Shown one piece after another: positions 21,224-32,744 of a stretch of DNA of 64,000 nucleotides. The notes below the pieces were generated by a model that ran no database searches, had not been told where the DNA came from, and saw only the letters and a program-made list of their open reading frames with translations. The stretch comes from Cladosporium halotolerans (taxonomy: Eukaryota). The translations under genes were made by a program, and so were the position numbers. Where the stretch lies: contig NW_027191456.1 of NCBI RefSeq assembly GCF_011745625.1, positions 434,001 to 498,000 on the forward strand, given 5' to 3'. The number at the start of each line of letters is the position of its first letter. Position 1 is the first letter of the stretch.

Positions 21224-22341
21224 ATGGCTCAGAAAGCGACTAAACGAACGCCCAAGTCGTTCACCAAGTCCGCCGCCGACGTGAACACGACCTCCACCGC
21301 AATCCCAACTCCCTTCACAACCGCTCCGGCAGCCCTCCAACCACTGCTGCCGCAGCTCGACCCCTCCAAAGTCCACCTCATCCACATCGACCGCCACAGC
21401 CCAGACCACAAGAAACAGATCGTACGCACCCGTGCCATCCGCCTCAACCATCCACCCGCTAACACCCCACCCAGTTCCTCATTCCTCTCCTCCTCAACGC
21501 CCTCGTCGCCCTCGGCCTCTGCTACCGCGCCTACACCGCGCTCCCCACCTACCTCCACCTCCTCCAAACCATCGCCGGCAACACCGAAAGCCCCACAACC
21601 CTCGACCCCGCCACAACCACGCAGCGCGAAGCCCTCACCGCCCTCGCGACGCGCTCGCTCACCTTCCTCGCCGACTTCCTCCTCCTGCGCTTCCTCGGTC
21701 CCTGGCCGGTGAGCTTCTTCTTCGCGAGCCCGTCGAACCCGTGCGCCTGGCGCTGGGCGCTGGGCGGCTTCCAGCGCGAGGAGGTCGTCGTGCGCGCGAG
21801 CCGGAACTGGGGCGTGAAAGAGCTGCTGGAGGGCGTCGCGGAGGGGGAGGAGAATGCGTTCTTCACGCGCAAGATCCTGCCCGCGATCGAGCGGCAGTTC
21901 GTGCGCGCGAAGACGGGGTATCTGATGATGGACGGGAACTGGGAGCTGGATTTCGCGGGGATGCTGGACGCGCATACGCTTGTTGCGAGGAAGGAGCTGG
22001 CGTTTGGGGATCTCGATCGGGTGGTGTTGGCTTGCTTGCCCGGGAAGCATGGGTGGGTTTGTTGGCGGTGGGAGCGGGAGGGGGATGTGATTGAGCATCG
22101 GCGGAAGAAGGTGGTGCAGTTTAAGGAGGCGCTGGTGAAGATGGGGAAGGAGAGTCTGTTCTGGCGGTGGGCGGAGATTGTAGAGGAGGAGAGGGATAGG
22201 GATGGTGGATTCAGTGAGGAGGGGCAGAAGAAGGTTGTAGAGCGTGTGCAGGCTGCGTTTGAGAAAGAGGGCGTGGATTTCGAGGAGGTTGTTGGGAACA
22301 TTGGTGGATTGGAGGAGGTGGCAACGCCGGACAAGCAATAG
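21224..22341 (+). CDS. Conserved fungal hypothetical membrane protein, about 354 aa
   Basis: Intron 21422-21474 (GTACGC...GCTAAC...CAG) fuses the ORFs into one frame: HIDRHSPDHKKQI|FLIPLLLNALVAL... Two hydrophobic segments; C-terminal GKESLFWRWAEIV. Confidence 0.75.
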
Positions 22342-23082
22342 GCGGTGACAGAATGAAAGTTTCTTGTGCTGTCTTATCATCTATTGTATACCTCCTGGTC
22401 AAACCAGATCACGCACTCCAGCAGGAGCATACGCCAATGCATACATACATAGACGCATACTTCCACAATCCTCGCATCCGAACGCCAAGTTCTCGATATG
22501 AACTCCCATGGACCTCACGAAACCTCAACCCGAACCAACATCATGTCATGGTCACAGTAGTCCAATCAACCAAAACCGTGTCATTGTATTCTCGCTCTAA
22601 GATACTCTTTTCGCACCCAAAGCAACCAGAAAGGGAGAAGCAAACGCCCAAGAAATGAGACACCCACGCTGTGCATCAAGCAAACAATCAATCAAACACT
22701 CAAAAAGAACCATTCAATAACAGCATAAAAACAACAAATAAGCAGGCGACGACGAAAAGCCTTCTATAACCCCTCCCTTGAAGGCCCGACGAAGACATTA
22801 CACAAAAGCAAGACAAGCAACCAGAGCTCAATCCGATCCGACCCCGTCCGTAGACCCGACCCATCCTTCCTCCCCACCCATTACATGTGTAAACAGGTTT
22901 GAAAAAAGGTCAAATCTCACGCAGAAGCCCGCTCGTTTCCCCCCACGACAGTCGGCCGCCGACCCTCTCCTCTCCTCTCGTCTTTCATCTAGCGCGCAGT
23001 TTCGAAATTAGTAATCTCAAGAAGACACGGGAAGAACCAAACGCTTGCGGCGAGCTAGTCAGACCAGGGAGCCAGAACCGAG

Positions 23083-23120
23083 ATGCTGCTGCTGCTGCTG
23101 TCGCTACTGCTGCTGCTGCT
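23083..23120. repeat. Interrupted (GCT)n microsatellite downstream of eIF4G; a second short (GCT)n at about 23331-23347
   Basis: Seen directly: ATGCTGCTGCTGCTGCTGTCGCTACTGCTGCTGCTGCT. Confidence 0.8.
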
Positions 23121-23383
23121 CGCGCGCTGTGCAAAAGGTGGAAGAACAGAGTAGACACGAGGACGGAAGCCAGAGGAAGTTGACGGTAAGAATTTTTGTT
23201 GTACAGGTGGTAATCCGACACAGTTAATTGTAATTAAAAAAGCCGTGTTGGACCGTTTCATCTCTCTCTCTCTAACAGGGTATCTCCGTTTTGCGGGAAG
23301 AAGTAACCAGAAATAGCTTTTTATGCGTTCGCTGCTGCTGCTGCTGCGGGTGACATTCGCTGAAATCGCATCATCGCACACGT

Positions 23384-26300
23384 TCATGACTGGCCGGCGC
23401 TCTCGCCAGTCGACGGGGCGGCCGCGGGAGCCGGGGCGGCCTCGTGGGATGCGTGCTCCTTGTCTTCCTCGTCGTTTTGGAGGGCTGCAAGCGCGCTGTG
23501 GTGGTTGTTAGTGATTGTAAAGGGTCAGGGCTCTAGTGACTCTGCTTACCTGAAAGCGTTCTGCTGCGCGCTTGGCTCGTCCTTCTTGTTGTCCACAGGC
23601 GGGGTGTTGGTGCGGGTGGTGTTGCCGGAGCCAGTGGGGCCAAGGTTGCCTCGTCGGCTGCCAGCACGACCCCCGAGACCACCGCCAGGGCCGAGGTTTC
23701 CGCCCGGACCGAGACCGCCACCGGTGTTGCGGGACTGTGTGCGGTTCTGGAGTCTGCGAAGCTCGTCGGCGCCAACGTGTGTCCTCGAGTAGTCGACGGG
23801 AGGGGGCATGTTGCCAGAGAAGTTGCGAGAGTCGCCACGGCCACCCATGGGCCTGCCGCCAGGCGCTCTCTGGCGCTGCCTCTCAGCCTCAGCCTTGGCT
23901 TGCGCGGCTTCGGCCTCAGCGTGAATCTGCTGGATGGTCTTTGGGCCCTTGGCATCGTCCTTGCCCTTCCAGCCGGCGTTCTTAAGGTCGATCAAGTCCA
24001 TCACCATGAACCTGGGTCTGCTGGGAAGGTTGGAGTTGCTCATGATCTTCTCGTTGATGCGCTCAAAGTATGCGTTGAGCAGAGCCTGGCCCTGGTCACC
24101 GCTCTCGTACATTGTGGAACCGACAGAGCGGAGCAGAGTGGTCAAGTTCTCGATGGCAGCCTCATCAGGGTCGCCCTCGAAGTTGAGCAGACGCTGCACA
24201 CACTCGTGCATGATGCGGATGGTAAGCATACCAAGCTTGTACAGCTGGCCGATGAACTGGATCAGACCAAGACCACGTCTCTTCGCGGCAGCGGCGACGT
24301 AGTACTCGTCAGACATGAGCTTGATCTCGCTCTCCTCACCCTCGGGCTTCTCGGGCAGGTTGGCCTCCCAACCACGCTCGAACTCCTCCTGACAGCGGTT
24401 CAGGAGGTACTTGCGGAAGAGGGCACCACCGACAACAGGGTTGCCATTCTTGTCCTTGATGGTCTCGTCGCGGATCTCAAGGCTCATAGTAGTCAGCATC
24501 TTATGACAGAACTTGGCGTACATGCCAGCCCAGTGAGCCTCGTCACAAGCCTTCTCGAAAGTAAGCTGGATGACTTGGCGCAGAGTGCGGCCGTCTTGCT
24601 CGTTCTTGGACTGGCCAGCGATCTCGAGAATCTGGTCGGAGATCCTGTCAAACTTCTCGGGCGTCATCTTGTTGAGCGCGGCCTTGACCTTACGCTGAAC
24701 CATGTCAGGCGCCATGTTGCCGCTAGGGTCGGTGGCACCGGCGTTGGGACCAGATGTCAGACTGCGAGCGACCCAACCGTTGGCGGTCTTCTCGATAGGC
24801 TTGAGCTCCTGGCCTGCAGTGAGCGGCATCTTGCTGGCAGCGTCCTCCATCTCCTTCTTGCTAGGAGCGCGGTCACCACGCCTGCTGGCACCGCCCTTGC
24901 CACGTCCACTCGGCTGGCGAGGGGAGCCAGGGCCCATCATGGAGCTGTTGCGACTCATGCCAGGAGCGCCCATGCCGAGGCCGCTGGGCTGGCGGCCACC
25001 CATAGAGCCAGGTGCACCCATGGGGCGGCCACCGGCGTTGGCCAAGGCGAAGCGTTGCTCTGAGGTAGTGCCGCTGGGAAGAGTGCGAGCACCGCTGGAG
25101 AAGTTACCCATAACACCACCGAAAGCGTTACCGCCACCGCGAGACGCTTGCCTGCCACCCATGTTAGAGGGAGTGCGGGCAGCAGATCGGGCGGAGCCAG
25201 GCTCGTCACCACCGCCAAGGGTGTCCTTGACCTTCTGGTCCCAGTCGACGGTTGGCTTCTCCTTGAAGACGCTTTGGAACTGGAGCAGGAAGTCTCTGTC
25301 GTAGGCACGTGCCTTCTGGGTGCCGTTCTGGTTGAGAGCGGGGTTCGGCGACTTGACCTGCTCAGGGTACTTGATATCCTCCTTGACCTCAAGGAAGCGA
25401 GAGGTCTTGAGGGCCTGCATACCCGGCGTGGGCTCGGCGGGCTCGACACGCTTGCTGGTCTCAAGCTTGAGGTGAGCGGGCTTGGGCTTCTGTGCTGCCT
25501 GAGCGGCGTTGGCCACAGGCTGGGGCTCCGCGGGCGCGGGAGACTCGCTGGCCTGCTCAGAGGCACCGGGGCCGAGCGTGGGCTTCTTGAGGGAGGCAAA
25601 GAGGGCCTTGGACTCCTCATCGGCTTCTCCCTGCTTGGTCTCGCCGTTGCGCTCGCGCTCGCGCTGGAGCTCGCGCTCCTCGGCTTCCCTCTCTTGCCTC
25701 TTGAGCTCCTCGTCGAGCTTAGCGGCGTTCTCTTTTGCGGCAGCCTCCTTCTCAGCCTTCTTCTTGACCTGGTAAGCCTTCTCGCGCTCCTCTTCCTCTT
25801 TCTCGCGAGCCTCCATTTCGGCGATCTCGCGCTCGAGGCGGTCCTCTTCCTCCTGGTCCTTGCGCTTCTTCTCCGCCTCGGGATCCTCAACAGCGGTAGA
25901 TGCGGCGGCGGCGTCTTTCTCGCCAGCCTTATCCGATGCAGCAACCGCAGCGGCCTTCTCAGCCTCGGCGGTGGCAGCCTTGACTTCAGTCTCAGCAGCC
26001 GGCTTAGCGGGCGCGGGCTCGGCGGCAGGAGTTTCCTTCGCCTGAGCCTCAGCCTCGGCCTTGCGCTTGTTCTCCTCCATCTGTCTCTTGACCTGCTCCT
26101 TGAATGCGTTCTGCTTTTCCTGGGCGGTCATAGTAGATGTGCTCTCGGTACGGTTGTGCTGAGTGCTGGGTGTCCTAGGCGGAGGCGTAGGTGCGTTGGG
26201 GGTCGACACAATCACGGGAGTCTGCGGCTGCTGAATGCTGGGGGAAGGCGAGGGCTTCTGGAAAGACACAGCCTCACCCTTGTCGTTGGTGATCTTGATG

Positions 26301-27559
26301 GCGCTGCTCTTCTTCACTGGGCGGACAAAGTTGGAGCCCTGCTGAGGAGTTTGCTGCGGTGTCGGGGTCGAGGCAGTCTGTGCGTGTGACTGGCTCGGTG
26401 TAGCGGCGTGACCGAGGCTCGAGGAGGGACGGTCAGATGCTTGTGAGGAAGTGCGCGCCATGTTAGGCGGCATGAAGGGAGGCTGGTTGTTGCCCGGGGT
26501 GCCAGCAAACGCGTTGGGGTACTGGGGACGGGGGCTTTGGGGAGGACCAGCGCCGGGGTATTGGTAGTTGTACGGAGGGTAGGGCTGGTAGTGACCGGCG
26601 TAAGGGTCGAACTGGTTAGGCATGCCAGGGTACATGGGCGGTGCAGCACCCAGGTGCTGAGGGTATCCAGGGTACTGCATCTGGGGCATGTGAGGCTGCG
26701 CTGGGGGCTGCGCTGGGCTGTTACGGCCACGGTTGTATGGCGAGCCCTGCGCACCCTGTGAGAACTGCTGTGCCATGCCGGGTGCACGCGGCTGGTTGGA
26801 CATTTGCCTGTAGTTCTGAGCCGGGGAAGGCATGTTGTTGTAGGGAGCCTGGGGATAACCGCCACGGCCGCGGCCAGCCTGGGGCACAAAGTTGGGACGA
26901 GGTCCACCCACGTCACTGTATGCCGACTGAGAAGAGGCTCTGCGCTCGTGTGTGGGCTGTCCGGCGGCGTTGAGGGAACCCTGGGCGTCGCCACCCATGC
27001 TGCCGAAGTTGAGGCCGTTACCCTGAGCGATCGAAGGCGGGCGTCCACCGCTGGCAGCGGGTTGCGGGATAGGCGAAGGCGAGTGCTCAGGCTCCACCAC
27101 GCGCTGGCCTTCCTGAGGGGCCTGGGCAGAGGCGGCGTGAGGCTGCTGGGCAGCGTTCGACTGCGCACCCTCGGGAGCGTTCATGGAACCGAAGTTGATG
27201 GGAGGCCTGCTGGACTGGCCGACAGGTCCACCGTTCTGTGTGTATCCGCTCGAGCCCGTGGCGCTAATGACCATCGAGGGCTTCCTTCCGTGCTCGGACG
27301 AGACACCGTTGGTTGCAGGCTGGGAGCCTCCCTGCGCGGTCGGGCCAGTTCCGTTTACCGGAGCGTCGGTCGACTTTGCATTGCTAGCGGAGGCTCCTGC
27401 CGCAGCAGGGGGAGTTGAGGACGCCGTCTTGGTGGCGTTCGCGTACGATCTGACAGGCAGCTGTGCCGGCACAGCTCCTGACTGCGGCGTCGTCGAGCCG
27501 GAGGTCGCAGATGCGTTGGCGGGAGTTTGCTGGGCGGAGGATGGGGTTGCGCTTGTCAT
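23384..27559 (-). CDS. eIF4G: Eukaryotic translation initiation factor 4G, about 1373 aa
   Basis: eIF4E-binding motif YDRDFLL. MIF4G domain (VQRKVKAALNKMTPEKF...LLNRCQEEFE...GLIQFIGQLYKL). Intron 23496-23549 (GTAAGC...CTAAC...CAG) adds a last exon NAFS-ALAALQ...GQS*. Start at MTSATPS. Confidence 0.95.
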
Positions 27560-27961
27560 GAGCGGAATGGGCGCGGGAGCAAGGGAGATGTGGTGTCGGG
27601 CGCCGGCGGTAGAGACGGTGAGGTGGTCTGCAGGGCGCGCACGGGAGATTAGTCGCTGCGATGGAGCGGAGAGGCGCAAGTGAATGCGTTGATGGCGGTC
27701 CTCGGGGACTGCGGGTGGACGGCCTGGACGAGATGGTCCAAGACGGTGGGCGGGTGGGCGCCGGGGGAGGGAGAGTCCTGCGAGACGCGAGAGACAATCC
27801 GGGCGGGCGTCTGTCTACGGGAGAACAGGACGCGAGGAGGGAAAGACGGGGTGTGTCGTCTTCCACGGGTGTGGTGTCGGGGTGAGGTGATGGAGGGAGA
27901 GGAGTGCTTGGGGCGTATGTAAATTCTGGCGTTCAATTTCCCGCACGGACGCTCCCGTTTT

Positions 27962-27996
27962 TGCGCTGCGCTGCGCTGTGCTGTGCTGCGCTGCTC
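27962..27996. repeat. Short pentanucleotide repeat (GCTGC/GCTGT)n upstream of eIF4G
   Basis: Seen directly: TGCGCTGCGCTGCGCTGTGCTGTGCTGCGCTGCT. Confidence 0.7.
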
Positions 27997-30767
27997 CAGT
28001 CGCCTCGCGGCGCCTCACCAGCTACGGCGACGCGGGCTGGGCGGGCGACGGGCGGCCTTCACGCGCTGTGATAACACACCACATTCAATGCTGCGTCTTC
28101 ATGGACAGGGTGTCTACTGAATACATCGGCCGACAGTCACGTTACGTTACCGCGCGCACGCACGCACGTGATCCTCGCACGCGCTCGCTGATCGCCAACG
28201 ACAGCCTGAGCGGCCCCGGGCTGGCCGAGATGGCGGGCCGTTGGACCACGGCCGTCCGCCCTGAGATGTCTCACATACACATGCAACCACTTTGCACCCT
28301 CGACCAGACGAGCCGAGCACGCTTACACACATGTGCCGGGCGCAGTCGGCGTGCGGTGCCGCGCTCACTGCCACTCCTTGACTGCTGTGGCCGTGAGCCG
28401 GGAGGCATCGCGCCCAAGGAAGGCCTATCACATGCCATCACACGCCGCAGCCCGCAGCTGTTCGCAGCAGCCCGATCTTCTCCTTTTTCCTCCCATAGCC
28501 TCTTACATCATCAACCGCTGTGCGAAGCTTATTGCTGCCTCGCCTCTGTCCAGCCAACCGTCCATCTCGGCTCCTGCCAATAGTCCAGTCGCCTGGGCAG
28601 GAGGCCCACCAATATCGCTCAACTCGACCATTAGCGACACCTCGAGCACGGCGAGTCCCTTCGTCCGGCATCTCGTGCTGGCTCCCCAAAACTCTCTTGC
28701 CACCTGCCGAAAAGATGCATGTCAAACTGCTGCATCGTCGTGCATGACTGTTGCGGGCTGACGCATGATTGGTGCAACCATGGGCCAAGAATGGACCGCC
28801 GTGCGGAGACGACAGGATGTCACAAGAAGCAAGACTCATCATCGTCTTTGCAAAGGTCACGAGCTGCGTTTGCGCATGTGATGACTGGTGCAGCATGCGA
28901 AGACTGAACTCTGATGCGGAGAAGGCTTGCCATCTCTCGAGCCTAGGTAGGCTGCGTGGTTCCAATGGGAAGTGACTGGAAGACGTATAGTCATGCACAT
29001 CAGTGCCTGCACAGAGAAGACATCGTTATGCGTATGCAGAAGCCCATATCTGCGGAAATAGCCGTGGACTGAATCTTATGTGTGCTACGATGAGTCTTGC
29101 TCGCGGCACTGAATTGTTGATGTCGCCTGCTTGTATTCCACAAGCATTGTCGAAGTCTCTCCAGCCTTCGTAGTCCAAGTAGCGCCAGCTCGACATTAGA
29201 ATGGACAAGGTAATTCCTAGTATCCACTCCGTCTGCCTTTCGATTATCAACCCTTTTCTTGAACATGAAGGTCATTAAGACTCTCTGTATAACATGCAAA
29301 CGTTATAAAATTGGCAGAGAATGCGAGTGATCAAAGCCTTCGATACATACCTTACAAACAAAGTAGAAAAAAGAAGGCCAAACACAGCCACGACCCAACA
29401 CCAGCCCTCACCTCGTAAACCCTTCTCGAACACTCCTCCTACCGCCCTACCTGAATCCCATCAATCGCACCTTAAGCAACAAACCCGCCCATCCCAGCAA
29501 CCCTCCCCCCGGACCAACCGCCCCGAACCCAGCCCAGCAGTCTCACCCTCCCCTCCCCCTCCCGCAGCCGCGTGTCGCACCGTCCCATCCCAGCCATCCC
29601 GAAACAACACAAGAAAAAGTTCCCAATAATCTCGGCAGGGCAGAGAAAACCGTTGCGCGTTTCGCGAAAACGCGGCCGAACGCGCACGCCCGCACGCGCT
29701 TGTGTCAGGGACGCGGGCGCGATTCATGGGGCGTTTTGCGCGAGGACTCGGGACTGCTGGAAGCCCAAGCTAACGCTCGGAGGGCCCCTGCTTGGGCTGA
29801 TGAGCGGTGGCAGCGCCCGTTGGCACATGGACGCCATGCGGTGTTGGCTTTGGCGCGCGAGGGACCCTGGATTTGCGGGCGATGGCTGGGCGGAGTTTGG
29901 GAGAGGGTGGGATTTTTTGGAGAAGTTGTTTTGGCGTGAAGTGAGGGTGCTGAGAGGGTTTGGGATAGCTGTGAGGTGGATTTCGGTGGCGGTGATGCGC
30001 ATTAGACGAGCGAGTTTTGGAGAAGTGAACGTCGTGACAAGGGAACCGATCCAGCCGACGCAGCGGCCGAGATGAATAACAGAGGATGTCGCGTAATTAC
30101 AGATCTTGGATGTCCAGCCTATCTTGCAAAAACGCAGTCGAGCCCTGCCTATGAGTACAATGTCAAAGAGAAAACAATAGGGGGAGAGAAAAAGACGCTT
30201 GCTGAAGAGAACTGAAAGAAGCGAAGTGAAGAGAAGAGAAGGAAACCTCGGGTATTTCGCACGCCTGCATTTGCCAGCCTTGTATCAGGCAGGGTGCATG
30301 TGTATGGCCTGCACAGCAGAATGGTCAAGAGAAAAAATGAAGATGGACAAACAAAAAGGGCAATGGAATGAATCTTGTGCGGTGAATCCAACAATCGCTG
30401 CTGCTTGAGCGATTGCGGCTGCGGCCAGAAAGTAAGAGAAGAGAAGGGAGATCAGAGATCAGGTTTGGCCAAGTGTAGGTCTGCGCGGACGACCGAGTCG
30501 TGCGCGCAAGCGAAGGCAGAACCTTGAGCAGAGCATTGATGCTGCCTCCGCTGCAAGTCTGGCCGTGCGGCGATGTCGCTGCATCCAGACAGTGCGCTGT
30601 TCATGGAGTGTTCGACGGTCCACGCGACTGCACATGCATCGAAGGCGCAATCTCCGCCCAGTTCGTGCCTCGAGGTGCGCAAGCGATTCGGTGCGCCTTC
30701 TGATGCAAAGGTTCCCCTGCGTCGGTTCGGCGTGTGGACGTCGCCTCGTCGTTTCAAGATCCCGGCG

Positions 30768-32744
30768 CTAGTACGCTCGGGGCAAGGGTACTCCACCGTC
30801 ACTGTTGTCGGTTTCGTCCTGCGATGGAGCATCGTTTGCGACGTACTGATCCGGTAGACCGTGCATCGGCGCATATGCTGCGTGGGGTTGGTGCTGCGGT
30901 TGCGCCTGGCCCGGTTGTTGGATGTCATGTTGTTGCTGCGAGTGGTACGAGCTCGTGAAAGCCGGCGACTGGGTGAACGACGAGTTGTATCCAGAGTATT
31001 GCGGCATTTGCGATGTTGCGAAAGCTGAAGGCTGATATTGAGGGTACGACGAGCCCGCAAGACCGCCAACTTGGGCGCTGTCTCGTCGATAGGGCTGCAG
31101 AGCCTCGTACTGTGAGCTTGCACCGCTCTGTGATATCGAAGGCTGCTGTTGACCTTGCTCCACGCCTTGATAGCTTGGGACTTGACCAGAGTCTACTGAA
31201 TGTCAATGCCAATTCTTCAGCAAGAAAATTGCATGGATGACTTACAGGTAAAGCCCAACCCGTAAGGTCCACTGCCAGAAGTGGGCGGGTTCATCAGATT
31301 CCTGACTTGCGGCCTATCATTTGCGGTAGAATGCTCCGAGAAAGAAGAGGCCCTGACACTTGTCTGCGCTTGAGAAAGCGAGCCAGATCCCAGAGAAGAG
31401 TAGGACATGCTCGTGCGCAGAGGAGATGAAACTGTTTCGCCAATAGGTCTGGACAACCGATCATGCATATGCAGTCGCGAAAGGTGTGAAGGTGGGCCGT
31501 ACAAAGAACTGCCATGTGCCATGCCGAAACCATAAGGAGGGCGCCGGGGGCTTTCCTGCTGCTGCCGTGCGTGAAGACCGAAAGCAGTGTAGTCACCGGC
31601 TGCAGAGCCAGGAGACACCGTCTCTGTTGCAGATTGGGGTGGTGTGTATCCGTAAGCGCCTACACCCGAGCTCATTGCTGTCGGACTTGTATATTGTTGG
31701 CTGTAGTGTTCGTAATCGGGGACTCGTCTCAGTGTGTCCAAAGTCAGGGGTCGAATCATGCCGTTGTCGGTTCCAAAGTGCGAATAGGCTCCAGGAGATG
31801 GCATTGGAGTGCCTACATTCGGTGTCGATGCGCCAAAGGGGGAATGCAAAGCTTGGGTCATATCGAAATTCTCCGGAAGCGCTCGTGATCGCATCATACT
31901 GGCACGATCGTCCGTGGACATCCGCTTCATTTTGGCCCGGCTTGAGACGAGTTAGCACACATCAACGAATGTAAGACTGCGGGTACGCTTACCGGTTCTG
32001 AAACCACACCTGGACCTGCCGTGGGCTCAGCCCAGGTATCTCTCGAGACAATCGCTCGCGATGCGCTGCATCTGGATGCGCCTGTCGTGCAAATTCGCTC
32101 ATCAAGAACCGTGTTTGGTTATGCGTCAATCTTGCAGGAGTCAGCTACTGTAAGCTTCGATCCTTCTTAGATCGTTCTTACCTAAAACGCTTCATCTTGC
32201 GCTTGTGTGCTCTTCGCTCCGCTGCAGTCATGTTCGGGTTCTCCGTGCTATCGTCGGCATCTTCAGGTCCAATATCGGCATCGTCGTCGTCCAACATTTG
32301 CTCGTCATGCTGCGCATTCTCTCCGGAGCGCGGTGTTAGTCGACCGCTGGGACTTGTCGGTGCCGAGCCACCAAAGGTTGCTGGTGGGAGATCCGAAGTA
32401 CCCGTTGGCTGGGGGCCTTGCGCAACAAGTCGTTGACCGTTGTTCGAGTTCCTTTGCACACCCTCCACGGTTTCCGGGGCATCGTGCGAGAGACGGCTCG
32501 AGGGGCCGAGCGAGTAAGGAAAGCTTTTGTAGGAGCGTAGTTGCGGTCGCCCTTGGTCAACTACATGATCTTGGGCTTGAGAGGACCGCTCGTATTGCAG
32601 AGAATCGTCTTCTCTAGACGCCTCGGCCGACGTAGAAAGGTATGTTGAAGGTTGCCAGTGGTGATCGGTCGCCTTCGCAGGCGTGTCCGACATTCGTGGT
32701 GAGGTAGGCGGCGACAAAGGCGCGGTGGGTCTCTCGGTAAGCAT
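30768..32744 (-). CDS. Homeobox transcription factor, about 606 aa, 4 exons
   Basis: Spliced homeodomain KRKMKRFR|LTHNQTRFLMSEFARQAHPDAAHRERLSREIPGLSPRQVQVWFQNR|RAKMKR. Introns 32131-32181, 31941-31992 and 31193-31245 (CAGTAG tandem acceptor). Ends PLPRAY*. Confidence 0.92.

Noticed and set aside
29797..29830. CTGATGA suggesting a hammerhead ribozyme core
   Set aside because: No GAAA after stem II and no stem III.
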